NCBI GenBank assembly: GCA_965263255.1
Contig: CBDHHA010000008.1
Span: 1,916,510 to 1,980,509 of the forward strand
Direction: 5' to 3'
Length of the DNA stretch: 64,000 nt
Source of the DNA: Bryobacterales bacterium
GTDB taxonomy: Bacteria > Acidobacteriota > Terriglobia > Bryobacterales > UBA6623
The notes under the pieces were generated by a model. That model was given only the letters and a program-made list of their open reading frames with translations, had not been told where the DNA came from and searched no databases. This document shows positions 44,475 through 54,474 of this stretch, piece after piece. The first letter of the stretch is position 1. Each line of letters starts with the position of its first letter. Made by a program: the position numbers and the translations under genes.

Positions 44475-45884
44475 ATGAGCATCAAGCCCCGCCTGTCGCG
44501 CGGATTGCGCGACCTGCTGCCCGAGACGATGATCGCGCGGCAGCACCTGATCGACACGGTGCGAGGTGTTTACGAGAACTACGGATTCTCCCCCCTCGAC
44601 ACACCGGCGATCGAGTACCTGGACGTACTCTCCGGATCTGCCGGCCAAGAGGCGCAGCAATCGATCTTCCGGGTCACGAATCCCGAGGAGGAGGACCTCG
44701 GCCTTCGATTCGACCTGACCGTTCCCCTGTCACGCGTCGTGAGCCAGTACCCGGACATCCAGCTTCCGTTTCGCCGCTACCAGGTGGCACAGGTGTGGCG
44801 GGCAGACAAGCCGGACCCTGGTCGCTACCGGCAGTTCACGCAGTTCGATCTCGACGCGATCGGCGCCCCGTGCGGCAGGGCCGACATCGAGGTGCTCGCC
44901 GCCATTTGCGACTCGCTGTCCGCGATCGGCGTCGAGCCCTATCTGGTCCGTTTCTCTAGCAGGGAGATCCTCAACCTCTTGCTGAAGCGGGCCGGAGTGG
45001 ACGCGGTATTGGGGCCTGACGTGTTCCGGGTGCTCGACAAGCTCGACAAGATCGGTCTGGCGAAGGTGAAGCTCGAGCTGGCTTCGGGATACACGGACGC
45101 TTCCGGGGACCCGATTCCGGGGATCGGCCTGAGCGAGGGCCAGATCGAAGTGATCGAGGAGTTCCTGTCCATCAAGGGCGCCACGCGGTCGGACGTGCTG
45201 AAGGGGCTGGGCGCGCTGTTCGCGGGCGTGGAGCGTGCTTCCGAGCAGCTCGAAGTCATCGAGGACATCTCGCTGGGGCTGGAAGCCCTGGGCTATCACA
45301 GCGACCGCGTCGCGTTGGATGTCAGCATCGCCCGGGGGCTCGCGTACTATACCGGGCCGGTATTCGAGGCAGTGCTGCTGGACGCCCCTCGATTCGGGTC
45401 TGTGTTCGGAGGCGGACGATACGACAACCTGGTCGAGCGATTCGGCGGCCCGCCGATTCCGGCGACGGGTGCGTCGATGGGAGTAGACCGTATGCTAGCG
45501 GCCATGGAGCACCTCGGCGGGTCCATGCCCGTCAGGACGGCAGCTCAGGTCCTCGTCGCCGTGATGGACGAGTCGCTGTCGCGGGAATGCATGGCCGTTG
45601 CCTTCGACTTGCGGCGGGCCGGGATCCGCACGGAGATCCAGGTCGTCCCCGGGAGGCTCGGCAAGCAGCTCAAACGGGCGAACCGGCTCGGAATACCGTT
45701 CGTGGTCCTGATGGGAAGTGACGAAGCTGCTCGAGGCGTGGTGACACTCAAGCAGATGGCAGTGGCCCACGAACAGGGCAGCGGGATCGGGGGCCACGAG
45801 GAATGGAAGCAGGCGCGGTTCGGCCAGCAGGAAGTGAGCCGTGACAAGGCTGCAAGTGTCCTGCGCAGCCTGTTGGGCCCCTAG
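44475..45884 (+). CDS. hisS: Histidine--tRNA ligase
   Basis: Internal ATG at 44475, in frame within track ORF 43422..45884: MSIKPRLSRGLRDLLPE...YENYGFSPLDTPAIEY...FRRYQVAQVWRADKP...GGGRYDNLV, followed by an anticodon-binding domain (VLVAVMDE...KQLKRANRLGIPFVVLMG). Confidence 0.9.
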   Translation: MSIKPRLSRGLRDLLPETMIARQHLIDTVRGVYENYGFSPLDTPAIEYLDVLSGSAGQEAQQSIFRVTNPEEEDLGLRFDLTVPLSRVVSQYPDIQLPFRRYQVAQVWRADKPDPGRYRQFTQFDLDAIGAPCGRADIEVLAAICDSLSAIGVEPYLVRFSSREILNLLLKRAGVDAVLGPDVFRVLDKLDKIGLAKVKLELASGYTDASGDPIPGIGLSEGQIEVIEEFLSIKGATRSDVLKGLGALFAGVERASEQLEVIEDISLGLEALGYHSDRVALDVSIARGLAYYTGPVFEAVLLDAPRFGSVFGGGRYDNLVERFGGPPIPATGASMGVDRMLAAMEHLGGSMPVRTAAQVLVAVMDESLSRECMAVAFDLRRAGIRTEIQVVPGRLGKQLKRANRLGIPFVVLMGSDEAARGVVTLKQMAVAHEQGSGIGGHEEWKQARFGQQEVSRDKAASVLRSLLGP

Positions 45885-45909
45885 TAAGCCGAACTCGAAG
45901 AAGGGCCAG

Positions 45910-47097
45910 TCAGACAGCCCTCGCGTCTCGCAGCGCTTCGATCGCACCTCGGTCGTAGCCAAGCTCGCGGAGAATCTCGTCCGTGTGCTCGCCAAGTCGC
46001 GGTGCCCGGTTCTGTACGGCGCCGGGCGTGTCACAAAGACGGACCGGTGTCGTGACCAACGGTACGGGCGCCGGGCTGCCGGGATAGTCCAAGTCCTGAA
46101 GGAATCCGGCAGCCCGGACGTGCGTGTCATCAAGTGCCTGCTGAGGCGCGTACACAGGCCCGCCCGGCACCCGAGCCTCTTCCAATGCAGCCAGGGCCTC
46201 TTCGGTAGTCCGCGAAGCGCACCATTCGGCCATGCGGGCGCTGAAGATCTCGCCATGCTCGCCGCGCGAGTCGTCGGTCTGGAACCTCTCGTCCTCCAGC
46301 CACTGGGGCTCGCCGATCATCCTTGCCCAGCGTTCGTACATGGGCGCGCCAGTGACCAGCACCATCACGCGGCCATCGAGGGTCTCGAATACGTCGGAAG
46401 GAGCATTCAACTGGCCCCTGTTGCCCGTCGCTTCCCGGTTCGGGGCATTCACGGCCTGCTCGATCAGCGCGGGGCTGGCAGTTGTGAGAGCGGTCGCGAG
46501 CAGGGAGCCCTGCACCTCCTGGCCCCGACCGGTCTGCTGCCTGGCCATGAGGGCCAGCACGGTGCCGTACGCGCACAAGGCGGCCGTCCCGAAGTCCACC
46601 CAAGGCGAGTATGACTTCGTGGGAGAGCCGGGTTCCCCGGTGAGATGCATGTTGCCGCACATCGCTTGCGCCAGGCCGTCGAAGCCGATCTTGTTCGAAT
46701 ACGGCCCCGCCGCGCCGAAGCAAGTGTTGGAGACAAGGACGGCTTCAGGGCGAATCTTGGCCAGCGAAGCGTAGTCGAGCCCGAGATTGCGGAGGGCCCT
46801 CTGCGGCATGTTAGCCACTACCACGTCAGCGGTCGCCAAGAGGCGCCGCTGCACTTCCCTGCCCTCGTTGCAAGTCGGGTCCAGAGTGAGACAGCGCTTG
46901 TTGCGGTTGACCTGCAGGAACATCGCGCCGCTGCCGTCCTCGCGGCTGATCTCGCTGATGAACCGGTCCTCGCCGCCGCTCACCTTCTCGACGCGGATGA
47001 CGTCTGCGCCGAAGTCTCCCAGCAGCGCCGCGCACCACGGACCGGCGATGTACCGCCCGAAATCCAGGACTCGAACACCTTCAAGGATTCCGGGCAT
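45910..47097 (-). CDS. CoA transferase, family III (CaiB/BaiF-like)
   Basis: Internal ATG at 47097: MPGILEGVRVLDFGRYIAGPWCAALLGDFGADVIRVE. A typical family-III N-terminus and length (about 396 aa). Confidence 0.85.
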   Translation of the reverse strand: MPGILEGVRVLDFGRYIAGPWCAALLGDFGADVIRVEKVSGGEDRFISEISREDGSGAMFLQVNRNKRCLTLDPTCNEGREVQRRLLATADVVVANMPQRALRNLGLDYASLAKIRPEAVLVSNTCFGAAGPYSNKIGFDGLAQAMCGNMHLTGEPGSPTKSYSPWVDFGTAALCAYGTVLALMARQQTGRGQEVQGSLLATALTTASPALIEQAVNAPNREATGNRGQLNAPSDVFETLDGRVMVLVTGAPMYERWARMIGEPQWLEDERFQTDDSRGEHGEIFSARMAEWCASRTTEEALAALEEARVPGGPVYAPQQALDDTHVRAAGFLQDLDYPGSPAPVPLVTTPVRLCDTPGAVQNRAPRLGEHTDEILRELGYDRGAIEALRDARAV

Positions 47098-47452
47098 AAC
47101 GGGGGCTCGGTGGTGCGGGACCGCTTCGACAGGAGCAAGGGCTGTACAGGATCGCGGCCCGGCAGCGAACGCTCCTTGCTGTTGACATGGCCGGCGGCCG
47201 AATAAGACCGACCCTGCGCTCGGGGCGATCGATGGAAGGCGCCAAGCGATATGGTAGCGATCCCAGTCCATTGCCAGTGGACGGGCCCTAGCCCGAGAAG
47301 CGATCGCCAATGCGGCCGGCCCGCGGTCGCTGGCTTCGAGCCCCTAGGGCTTCCGCCGGGCGAACGGCTTGGGCTAGCATGGTGGAGCCATGACCTTGGC
47401 GATCTGCCCTGGGTGGAATGCAGCGAGTTGCACGGGGCCAGGCGTACCCTGA

Positions 47453-49279
47453 GTGCGAATGACCGACAACCGGAGATCTGGGGGATACCGCGCCCGGCGG
47501 GCCTGGCTGCTTGCGGCCGCAGGATCCATCGCCGTTCCCGTATTTGGACAGCCCTCAGGCTGGGTCGATGACCTTCGGCCGATAGGCCCGGACAGTTGGA
47601 CGTACGAGCGCGCCGCCCACCTGATCGAGAGGGCCGGGTTCGGTGCCACACCGGAGGAAATTCGGGAGCTCGCCGCGATGTCTCCCCGGGAGGCCGTGAG
47701 CCGGATCGTCGACTACGAATCGATCGATGCCTCGGCCCTGGCCGCCTTCGAGGAGTCGGGCCTGTGGGACCCCGGCATGGACCCCTTCCCGCCCAGCCGG
47801 GCCGAAGCCGTGCGGATCGCCCGCGAGAAGGGGCGGGCGCTGGGCGAGGACGTGCTGCCGGAGGATGCCTCGAGACGCATCCAGCCCGTGGTGGACAAGT
47901 TCTTCTACGGCCTTCGCGCCAACGCCCTGGAGACCCGAAGGCTCGCGCTGTGGTGGGCGGACCGAATGGTGGCTACGCCCAGGCCGCTCGAGGAGAAGAT
48001 GACCCTCTTCTGGCACGGCCATTTCGCCACGTCCGAGTCGAAGGTCCGCGACTACCGGATGCTGCTCGCGCAGAACCGCATGCTTCGGGAGAGGGCGACC
48101 GGAAACTTCCGGGAAATACTGCTCGGCATCATGCGGGACCCGGCGATGCTCGTGTACCTGGACAACGGCAAGAACATCAAGCAACACCCGAACGAGAACT
48201 TCGGGCGCGAGCTGCTCGAGCTGTTCACGATGGGTGTCGGCAACTATTCGGAAAAGGACATCCGCGAGGCCTCGCGCGCATTCACGGGATGGACCAACGA
48301 CGTCCTTGCTTTCCGCTTCGACAAGGCCGTCCACGATGACGGCGCCAAGGAGTTCCTAGGCGAGAAAGGGCGGCTCGGTGGCGAGGAGATTGTCGACATC
48401 ATCCTCGAGCAGGACGTCACGGCGGAGTTCATCGCCTCCAAGATCTACCGGTACTTCGTCCGGCAAGGACCGTCGGATGCGGTGCGGGTGAAGCTGGGTG
48501 CCATCTTGCGGGACGCTTCCTACGAGCTGAAGCCGCTACTGCGGGCGATCTTCCTCTCGCGCGACTTTCACAGCCGGCCATCGGTGGCAACGCAGATCAA
48601 GAGTCCGGTGCAGCTGTTCGTTTCGACCTACCGGAAGCTGGGTCTCGAACGAGCCCCGACGATCCCGGACTTCAACCTCCTGACCGGGCGGCTCGGGCAG
48701 ACCTTGTTCTACCCTCCCAACGTCGCCGGCTGGCCGGGAGGCAGGACTTGGATCACGCCGGCGTCCCTGCTGGACCGGGGCAACGCGATTCACGGCGTCC
48801 TGTATCCCCAGGCGCCGGAGGAGTACGGCCATCCCGACCGGCGGCTGCCAGCGATCTACGGCCTTGTGGCCGATCGCCTGGCGCAGGGAATGAACATCAC
48901 GAACGCGACCCGGTCAGGTGATTCGGGCTCGAACATGCTGGCCGACGCCGACGAGGACTTCAACACCCGCTACGGAGGGTACCGGGGCTACGTGCTGGCG
49001 TTCGAACGGATCAAGCTGGTGCAACGTCAGGCAGCGGAACTCGACCTAGTGTCCATGGTGAGGGACGAGGGTGCCGTGACAGCCGCCGACGCGGTCGACC
49101 GGCTGGTGTCGCGCTTCCTTCGCGCTCCCCTGCCGGAAGGCAGTCGCGAGGAACTGGTGAGCCTGGTCGAGGCCCGGATCGGCTCTTCCCGGCTCCCTGC
49201 GGACTCCGATCGGGTTGGAGAGGCCCTTCGCAGCGCGCTGTATGTGCTGCTGTGCTCTCCGGAGTATCAACTGGGGTGA
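47453..49279 (+). CDS. DUF1800 domain protein
   Basis: AHLIERAGFGATPEEI, EKMTLFWHGHFATS, NENFGRELLELFTMGVGNYSEKDIREASRAFTGWT. Paired with a downstream DUF1501 gene. Confidence 0.85.
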   Translation: MRMTDNRRSGGYRARRAWLLAAAGSIAVPVFGQPSGWVDDLRPIGPDSWTYERAAHLIERAGFGATPEEIRELAAMSPREAVSRIVDYESIDASALAAFEESGLWDPGMDPFPPSRAEAVRIAREKGRALGEDVLPEDASRRIQPVVDKFFYGLRANALETRRLALWWADRMVATPRPLEEKMTLFWHGHFATSESKVRDYRMLLAQNRMLRERATGNFREILLGIMRDPAMLVYLDNGKNIKQHPNENFGRELLELFTMGVGNYSEKDIREASRAFTGWTNDVLAFRFDKAVHDDGAKEFLGEKGRLGGEEIVDIILEQDVTAEFIASKIYRYFVRQGPSDAVRVKLGAILRDASYELKPLLRAIFLSRDFHSRPSVATQIKSPVQLFVSTYRKLGLERAPTIPDFNLLTGRLGQTLFYPPNVAGWPGGRTWITPASLLDRGNAIHGVLYPQAPEEYGHPDRRLPAIYGLVADRLAQGMNITNATRSGDSGSNMLADADEDFNTRYGGYRGYVLAFERIKLVQRQAAELDLVSMVRDEGAVTAADAVDRLVSRFLRAPLPEGSREELVSLVEARIGSSRLPADSDRVGEALRSALYVLLCSPEYQLG

Positions 49280-49283
49280 CCTC

Positions 49284-50540
49284 ATGAACATCCGCCGAAC
49301 CGCAAGCCTACCGTCCCGCCGGGACTTCGTCCGTCGGGGCCTGTACGGGATCGGAGTGCCCGCCGGGCTTCCCGTTCTCCTACAGGGCACCGCCAGCGCA
49401 CTCGCAGCCGAGGCGCTGGACGGAAACAAGGAGGCGCATCCGGAGAGAATCCTAGTCGTCGTCGAGCTGACTGGCGGGAACGACGGCCTCAACACGGTCA
49501 TTCCATTCCGGAACGACGCCTACTACCGGGCACGGCCGACCTTGGGAATCTCCCGGCGCGATGCGATCGCAATCACCGACGAAGCCGGCTTCCACCCGTC
49601 CCTGGTGGGTTTCGAGCGGCTATACAAGGACGGCCTGCTTGCCGTCGTAGAGGGCTGCGGGTACCCGAATCCGAGCCTCTCGCACTTCTCGTCGATGGGC
49701 TTTTGGCATACCGGAGTGCCTCACGGTGGCGAGGCCCTGGGCTGGATCGGGCGTTTCCAGGATGCCCAGACGCCAGCCGGCACGGCGAACGCGATCGTCA
49801 ACGTGGCCAGCGCCCAGTCGCTGGCAGTGCGCGGGAGCACTCACTCGCCGCTCGTGTTCGACGATCCGGACCAGCTTCGCCGGAAGGCGACCGAGGAACA
49901 GGCAGAAGTGATCCGGCAACTGGATCTGAGCGGCGAATCGGCGAACCCTTCCCTGGACTTCCTAAGGCGGACTGCGAGGAACGCCACCGAGAGCGGGGCG
50001 CTGGTTCGCGATGCTTGGCAGTCGTACCGCACCCCCGTGGACTACGGCATCGGGGGAGGGCTCGGCTCGGACTTGCGCAAGGTGGCGGCGCTCATCGCGG
50101 CCGGCCTCCCCACGCGGGTCTACTACGTCAGTTACCGGGGCAACGCGTTCGACACGCACGTCCATCAGGCGGACCTGCACAGTCGGATCCTCATGTACGC
50201 GGCGGACGCCATCCGGGGCTTCGTCGTGGACACGGCCCGGATCGGGCGCGGCAGCGACGTTGCGGTGATGGTGTTCACCGAATTCGGCAGGCGCATTCAG
50301 GAGAATGCCAGCCAGGGGACAGACCATGGCACGGCCGGGCCGATGTTCCTGATCGGACCGAGCATCAAGGGCGGGATCCACGGGAAGGCTCCGAGCCTGA
50401 CGGACACCGACGACGGCAACCTGAGGATGACGACGGACTTTCGACGGGTCTACGCGACGATGATTGCGGAATGGATGGGATACCCAGACACGGGAGCGAT
50501 CCTCAAGGGCGATTTCCCGACCATGGGTGTTTTCTCCTAG
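49284..50540 (+). CDS. DUF1501 domain protein (Tat signal; sulfatase/phosphatase-like fold family)
   Basis: Internal ATG at 49284: MNIRRTASLPSRRDFVRRGLYG (twin-arginine type), LVVVELTGGNDGLNTVIPF, GYPNPSLSHF, FDTH, FTEFGRR..EN...GTDHG. Confidence 0.88.
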   Translation: MNIRRTASLPSRRDFVRRGLYGIGVPAGLPVLLQGTASALAAEALDGNKEAHPERILVVVELTGGNDGLNTVIPFRNDAYYRARPTLGISRRDAIAITDEAGFHPSLVGFERLYKDGLLAVVEGCGYPNPSLSHFSSMGFWHTGVPHGGEALGWIGRFQDAQTPAGTANAIVNVASAQSLAVRGSTHSPLVFDDPDQLRRKATEEQAEVIRQLDLSGESANPSLDFLRRTARNATESGALVRDAWQSYRTPVDYGIGGGLGSDLRKVAALIAAGLPTRVYYVSYRGNAFDTHVHQADLHSRILMYAADAIRGFVVDTARIGRGSDVAVMVFTEFGRRIQENASQGTDHGTAGPMFLIGPSIKGGIHGKAPSLTDTDDGNLRMTTDFRRVYATMIAEWMGYPDTGAILKGDFPTMGVFS

Positions 50541-51029
50541 CGGGAGCGCGGTCGCATCGCGTGCGTCGCTTCAGCCAGCACAGGGTTCATGCTGTGCTCA
50601 TGCAACGCGCGGCCTTTCGGCGTTGAGTGATTCGGCGCGCCCTTGACCGGCTTGGCACCTGCGGACTGCTTCGTCCTGTTCCGGGCCGCGGAATTCCGCC
50701 CGCAACGGACAAGGACGGCTGGGCGGCAGGACCCGGTCGAGCCAGATCCTGAGTTCCCGGCGTGGGTGACCGGCTGTCGATCGGTCGTCCGGCACAACAC
50801 TCTGGCCAATAGCGGATTGGAAGATCTGCAGCGCCTGCCAGGCCCGCCCTCAACGTGACAGGCCCAACTGGTCGCAGGTTCGGAACTCATGGCCCTGCCA
50901 GCGAGGCCACTGCGATCGCTGCCCCCGGGTCTCGGACGGGCCGCGTCCGCGACTGCTTTCCGGTCCGCGGGGGTTGGGTAAGATGGGACTCTCCGGTGGG
51001 CACACGGGTCGCGTTCACCACCCATTCAG

Positions 51030-52280
51030 ATGCAGATCCAGAAGTACACCTTCGGAGTGGGCGACCGCTTCGCCCACCAAGCTAGGCCACAGCTGCACGC
51101 ATGCATGCTGGCTGCTCGACGGGGCGTCGAGGTAATCCCCACCTGGAACAAGTCGCATCGCGAGCACCTCACAGTCGGGACCAGGCCGCCGAGCGTTCGC
51201 GAGGCGGCCGACGAGGCCGTCCGCGAGCTGGGCTGGGCCGATCCCTACTATGTCGACGCTGACCACATCAATCTCGAGACGGTGGACGGCTACCTCGGCA
51301 CCAGTGACTTCTTCACGCTGGACGTGGCCTACGCCATCGGCAAGCCTGCCGAACGGTCCGCCATCGACTCGCTCGTGCGAGCGCACCCGGAACTCAGCGG
51401 CAACATCGAAATCGACGGCGTGGCGGAGCCGTTCACTAGCACGCGCGAAGACGTGGAGCGCTGCGCCGCGCAGTTCCTGTTCGCGGTGCAGGAAGCCGGG
51501 AGGATCTACCGGCACATCGAGTCCGCGAAGGGCAAGGGGAACTTCGTCACCGAGGTCTCGATGGACGAAACGGACCGTCCCCAGACTCCTGCGGAGCTGC
51601 TCGTCATCCTCGCGGCGATCGCCGACGAGGGTATCCCCGTCCAGACCATCGCGCCCAAGTTCACTGGGCGGTTCAACAAGGGCGTCGATTACGTGGGCGA
51701 CCCAGCCCAGTTCGGTCGGGAGTTCTCGGACGACATCGCGGTAATCCGTCACGCGGTCGAACGCTACGGCCTGCCTTCCGACCTGAAGCTGAGCGTGCAC
51801 TCCGGGTCCGACAAGTTCTCGATCTACGAGGCAATCCGAACCGGTACCGAGCGGTTCGGGGCCGGCGTGCATGTGAAGACTGCCGGGACGAACTGGCTGG
51901 AAGAGCTGATCGGGCTGGCGGAGGCCGGCGGAGCCGGGCTGGAACTGGCCAGGGACGTCTACTCTGAGGCCTACGCGGCACGGGATGCGCTGTGCGAGCC
52001 GTACGCGGCCGTGATCGATATCGACCCCCAGCGCCTGCCCGCACCGGCTGAGGTCGCCGGCTGGGATTCGGGCGAATTCACCTCGGCGCTCCGGCACGAC
52101 CAGGCCTGCCCGGCATACAATGCCGATTTCCGCCAGCTCCTGCATGTCGGGTACAAGATCGCGGCCAAGATGGGTGACCGCTACCTCGGCATGCTGAAGG
52201 AGTGCGAGGAATCGATATCCAGAAACGTGACGGAGAATCTCTTCGAGCGACACATCGAGCCCCTGTTCCTCAGATCCTGA
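51030..52280 (+). CDS. Tagaturonate/fructuronate epimerase-like protein (UxaE family)
   Basis: FGVGDRFAHQ, YYVDADHINLE, IAPKFTGRFNKGVDYVG, LSVHSGSDKFSIY and VHVKTAGTNWLE match blocks I recall for the UxaE family. Assigned from memory of the family only. Confidence 0.55.
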   Translation: MQIQKYTFGVGDRFAHQARPQLHACMLAARRGVEVIPTWNKSHREHLTVGTRPPSVREAADEAVRELGWADPYYVDADHINLETVDGYLGTSDFFTLDVAYAIGKPAERSAIDSLVRAHPELSGNIEIDGVAEPFTSTREDVERCAAQFLFAVQEAGRIYRHIESAKGKGNFVTEVSMDETDRPQTPAELLVILAAIADEGIPVQTIAPKFTGRFNKGVDYVGDPAQFGREFSDDIAVIRHAVERYGLPSDLKLSVHSGSDKFSIYEAIRTGTERFGAGVHVKTAGTNWLEELIGLAEAGGAGLELARDVYSEAYAARDALCEPYAAVIDIDPQRLPAPAEVAGWDSGEFTSALRHDQACPAYNADFRQLLHVGYKIAAKMGDRYLGMLKECEESISRNVTENLFERHIEPLFLRS

Positions 52281-52310
52281 CCGGGAATGCAGGAACGCCC
52301 GTGAGCGACC

Positions 52311-53198
52311 GTGCCGAATCGACCTGCTAGTCGGCCTGTCGCTGCAAGCAGCAGCGTCAGTTCGGATGCCTCCGCCGATAGCAGGGCCGCAGTCGGGGAG
52401 CCCAACGCCACCGCCTTGACTCTGGGACCGTTGCTGGAAGCCAACGAGCCGGCCCCGTACCGAGTCGTGAATCCAGACGGCACGGCCCCGATGCTGCTCA
52501 CGTGCGACCATGCGTCGAGCACGATCCCGAGAAGCCTCGGCAGCCTGGGGCTCGCCGCAGAGGAGATCAGGCGCCATATCGGTTGGGACATCGGAGCGGC
52601 AGACGTGACCTTGCGACTCGCGGAGAGGTTCGACGCTCCTGCCGTGCTGTCGAACTACTCCCGGCTGGTCATTGACTGCAATCGCAAGCTCGGTACGGAG
52701 ACATCCATTCCGGCAGTCAGCGACGGGACGAGGGTGCCAGGCAACGTGGGCATTGGAGCCGCGGACGCGGCCCGTCGCGCCGCGGAACTGTTCCAGCCCT
52801 ATCACGCAGCGATCTCGCGCGCCCTGGACGGCATCCGCCGGACCGGCAGGCTCCCGGTATACGTGGCGATCCACAGCTTTACGGTCCAGCTCCACGGCGG
52901 GCCGCCGAGGCCGTGGCATTTCGGGGTCCTATGGGACGAGGATCCGCGCGTCGCGGTCCCGCTGATCCGCTCTCTCCGGCAATTCCCGGGAATCCTGGTC
53001 GGAGACAATGAACCGTACTCTGGTCGCGACCATTTCGACTTCTCGCAGGAGTTCCACGCATCGTCCAAGGGCCTTCCGAGCGCCTTGGTCGAAGTCCGCG
53101 AGGATCTCATCCGGGACGCAGCCGGCGCGGCAGAGTACGCGAGAATGCTCGGCGATGCCCTGGAGTCTGCCCTCGCAGGCCTGGAACTGACCGGATGA
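52311..53198 (+). CDS. N-formylglutamate amidohydrolase (FGase, PF05013) family protein
   Basis: PMLLTCDHASSTIP, HIGWDIGA, SRLVIDCNR, PYH, VAIHSFT. The true start is probably downstream of the track start (the N-terminal 45 aa or so are low-complexity). Confidence 0.75.
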   Translation: MPNRPASRPVAASSSVSSDASADSRAAVGEPNATALTLGPLLEANEPAPYRVVNPDGTAPMLLTCDHASSTIPRSLGSLGLAAEEIRRHIGWDIGAADVTLRLAERFDAPAVLSNYSRLVIDCNRKLGTETSIPAVSDGTRVPGNVGIGAADAARRAAELFQPYHAAISRALDGIRRTGRLPVYVAIHSFTVQLHGGPPRPWHFGVLWDEDPRVAVPLIRSLRQFPGILVGDNEPYSGRDHFDFSQEFHASSKGLPSALVEVREDLIRDAAGAAEYARMLGDALESALAGLELTG

Positions 53199-53214
53199 AC
53201 GAAACCGAGTACTG

Positions 53215-54351
53215 ATGTCACTCCCCGTGCCAACATTCACGATCGGCATCGAGGAGGAATACCTTCTTGTCGAGCGGACAACCAGAAACTTGGTCGCCGA
53301 GCCCCCCGCATCGCTGATCGACGAGTTCGAGACGCGGCTCTCCGGCCACTTCAGCCGCGAGTTCCTGCGCACCCAGATCGAGGTAGGGACATCGGTTTGC
53401 TCGTCGACCAGCGAGGTCCGGGACAACCTGAAGCACCTGCGTCGCACGGTCGCGGAGATCGCCGAGTCTCACGGACTCGCGCCCATCGCGTCGTCAACCC
53501 ACCCGTTCGCCGAATGGAAGGCCCAGAAGCACACACAGAAAGAACGCTACGAGGTGCTGCAGCGCGACATGCAGCTGGTGGCGAACAGGCTGCTGATCGG
53601 CGGCATGCACGTGCATGTCGGGATCGAGGACAACGACCTGCGGATCGACATCCTCAATCAGGTCGCGTACTTCCTCCCTCATTTGCTCGCCCTCAGCACT
53701 TCCTCGCCTTTCTGGGAAGGCACGAACACGGGCCTGAAGTGCTATCGCCTCTGCGTCTTCGACGAGATGCCGCGAACCGGCCTGCCAGAGCGTTTCGACA
53801 GCTGGGGGGAGTTCCGCCGGGCCGTGCGCCTAATGGTGGCCGCCAATCTGCTCGAGGACGACACGAAGATCTGGTGGGACATCCGACCGAGCGGGCGCTT
53901 CCCTACGATCGAGATGCGGATCACCGACGTGTGCACCCGAATCGAGGACGCCATCTGCTGCGCCTCGCTGTTCCGCTGCATCTGCCGGATGCTGTACCGG
54001 CTGCGCCGCGACAACCAGCGCTGGCGCGTCTACGTCCGGATGCTGGTCCACGAGAACCGGTGGAGGGCGCAGCGCTATGGCATCGACCGGGGCATGGTCG
54101 ACTTCGGCCGCGGGGAGATCGTGCCGTTCGAGGATCTGACTGAGGAGCTGCTCGGCCTGCTCCAGGAGGACGCGGAGTTCTTTGACTGCTGGGACGAGCT
54201 CCAGCACGTCCGAACAATACTGCGGCGCGGCACGAGCGCTCACATGCAGATCGCGAGTTACGACGAGGCAGTGCGCTCCGGCGCAACCCACGAGAAGGCC
54301 CTGCAAGCGGTTGTCGACAATCTCATCGAAGCGACGGTCGAAGGCACCTAG
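53215..54351 (+). CDS. Carboxylate-amine ligase (YbdK / glutamate-cysteine ligase family 2)
   Basis: FTIGIEEEYLLVE...GMHVHVGI...SSPFWEG.DTG..S.R (seen here as SSPFWEGTNTGLKCYR)...WWDIRPS..FPTIEMRI.D; 378 aa. Confidence 0.85.
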   Translation: MSLPVPTFTIGIEEEYLLVERTTRNLVAEPPASLIDEFETRLSGHFSREFLRTQIEVGTSVCSSTSEVRDNLKHLRRTVAEIAESHGLAPIASSTHPFAEWKAQKHTQKERYEVLQRDMQLVANRLLIGGMHVHVGIEDNDLRIDILNQVAYFLPHLLALSTSSPFWEGTNTGLKCYRLCVFDEMPRTGLPERFDSWGEFRRAVRLMVAANLLEDDTKIWWDIRPSGRFPTIEMRITDVCTRIEDAICCASLFRCICRMLYRLRRDNQRWRVYVRMLVHENRWRAQRYGIDRGMVDFGRGEIVPFEDLTEELLGLLQEDAEFFDCWDELQHVRTILRRGTSAHMQIASYDEAVRSGATHEKALQAVVDNLIEATVEGT

Positions 54352-54474
54352 CGCCCCCTCTCGCGCATGGCCGCTCCGAGCCGTGCGTTAACGCTTCGAC
54401 GGCTTCGGTCGTTCTGGGAGTGTGCACGGAGCCGCAGGCAGCCCGGACTGCCTGCGAACGAACGGGAGCAAATC

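Noticed and set aside
51015-52919. 634-aa ORF on the minus strand
   Set aside because: It is antisense to the UxaE-like and FGase-family genes, and is Arg/Gly/Pro-rich with no motifs.
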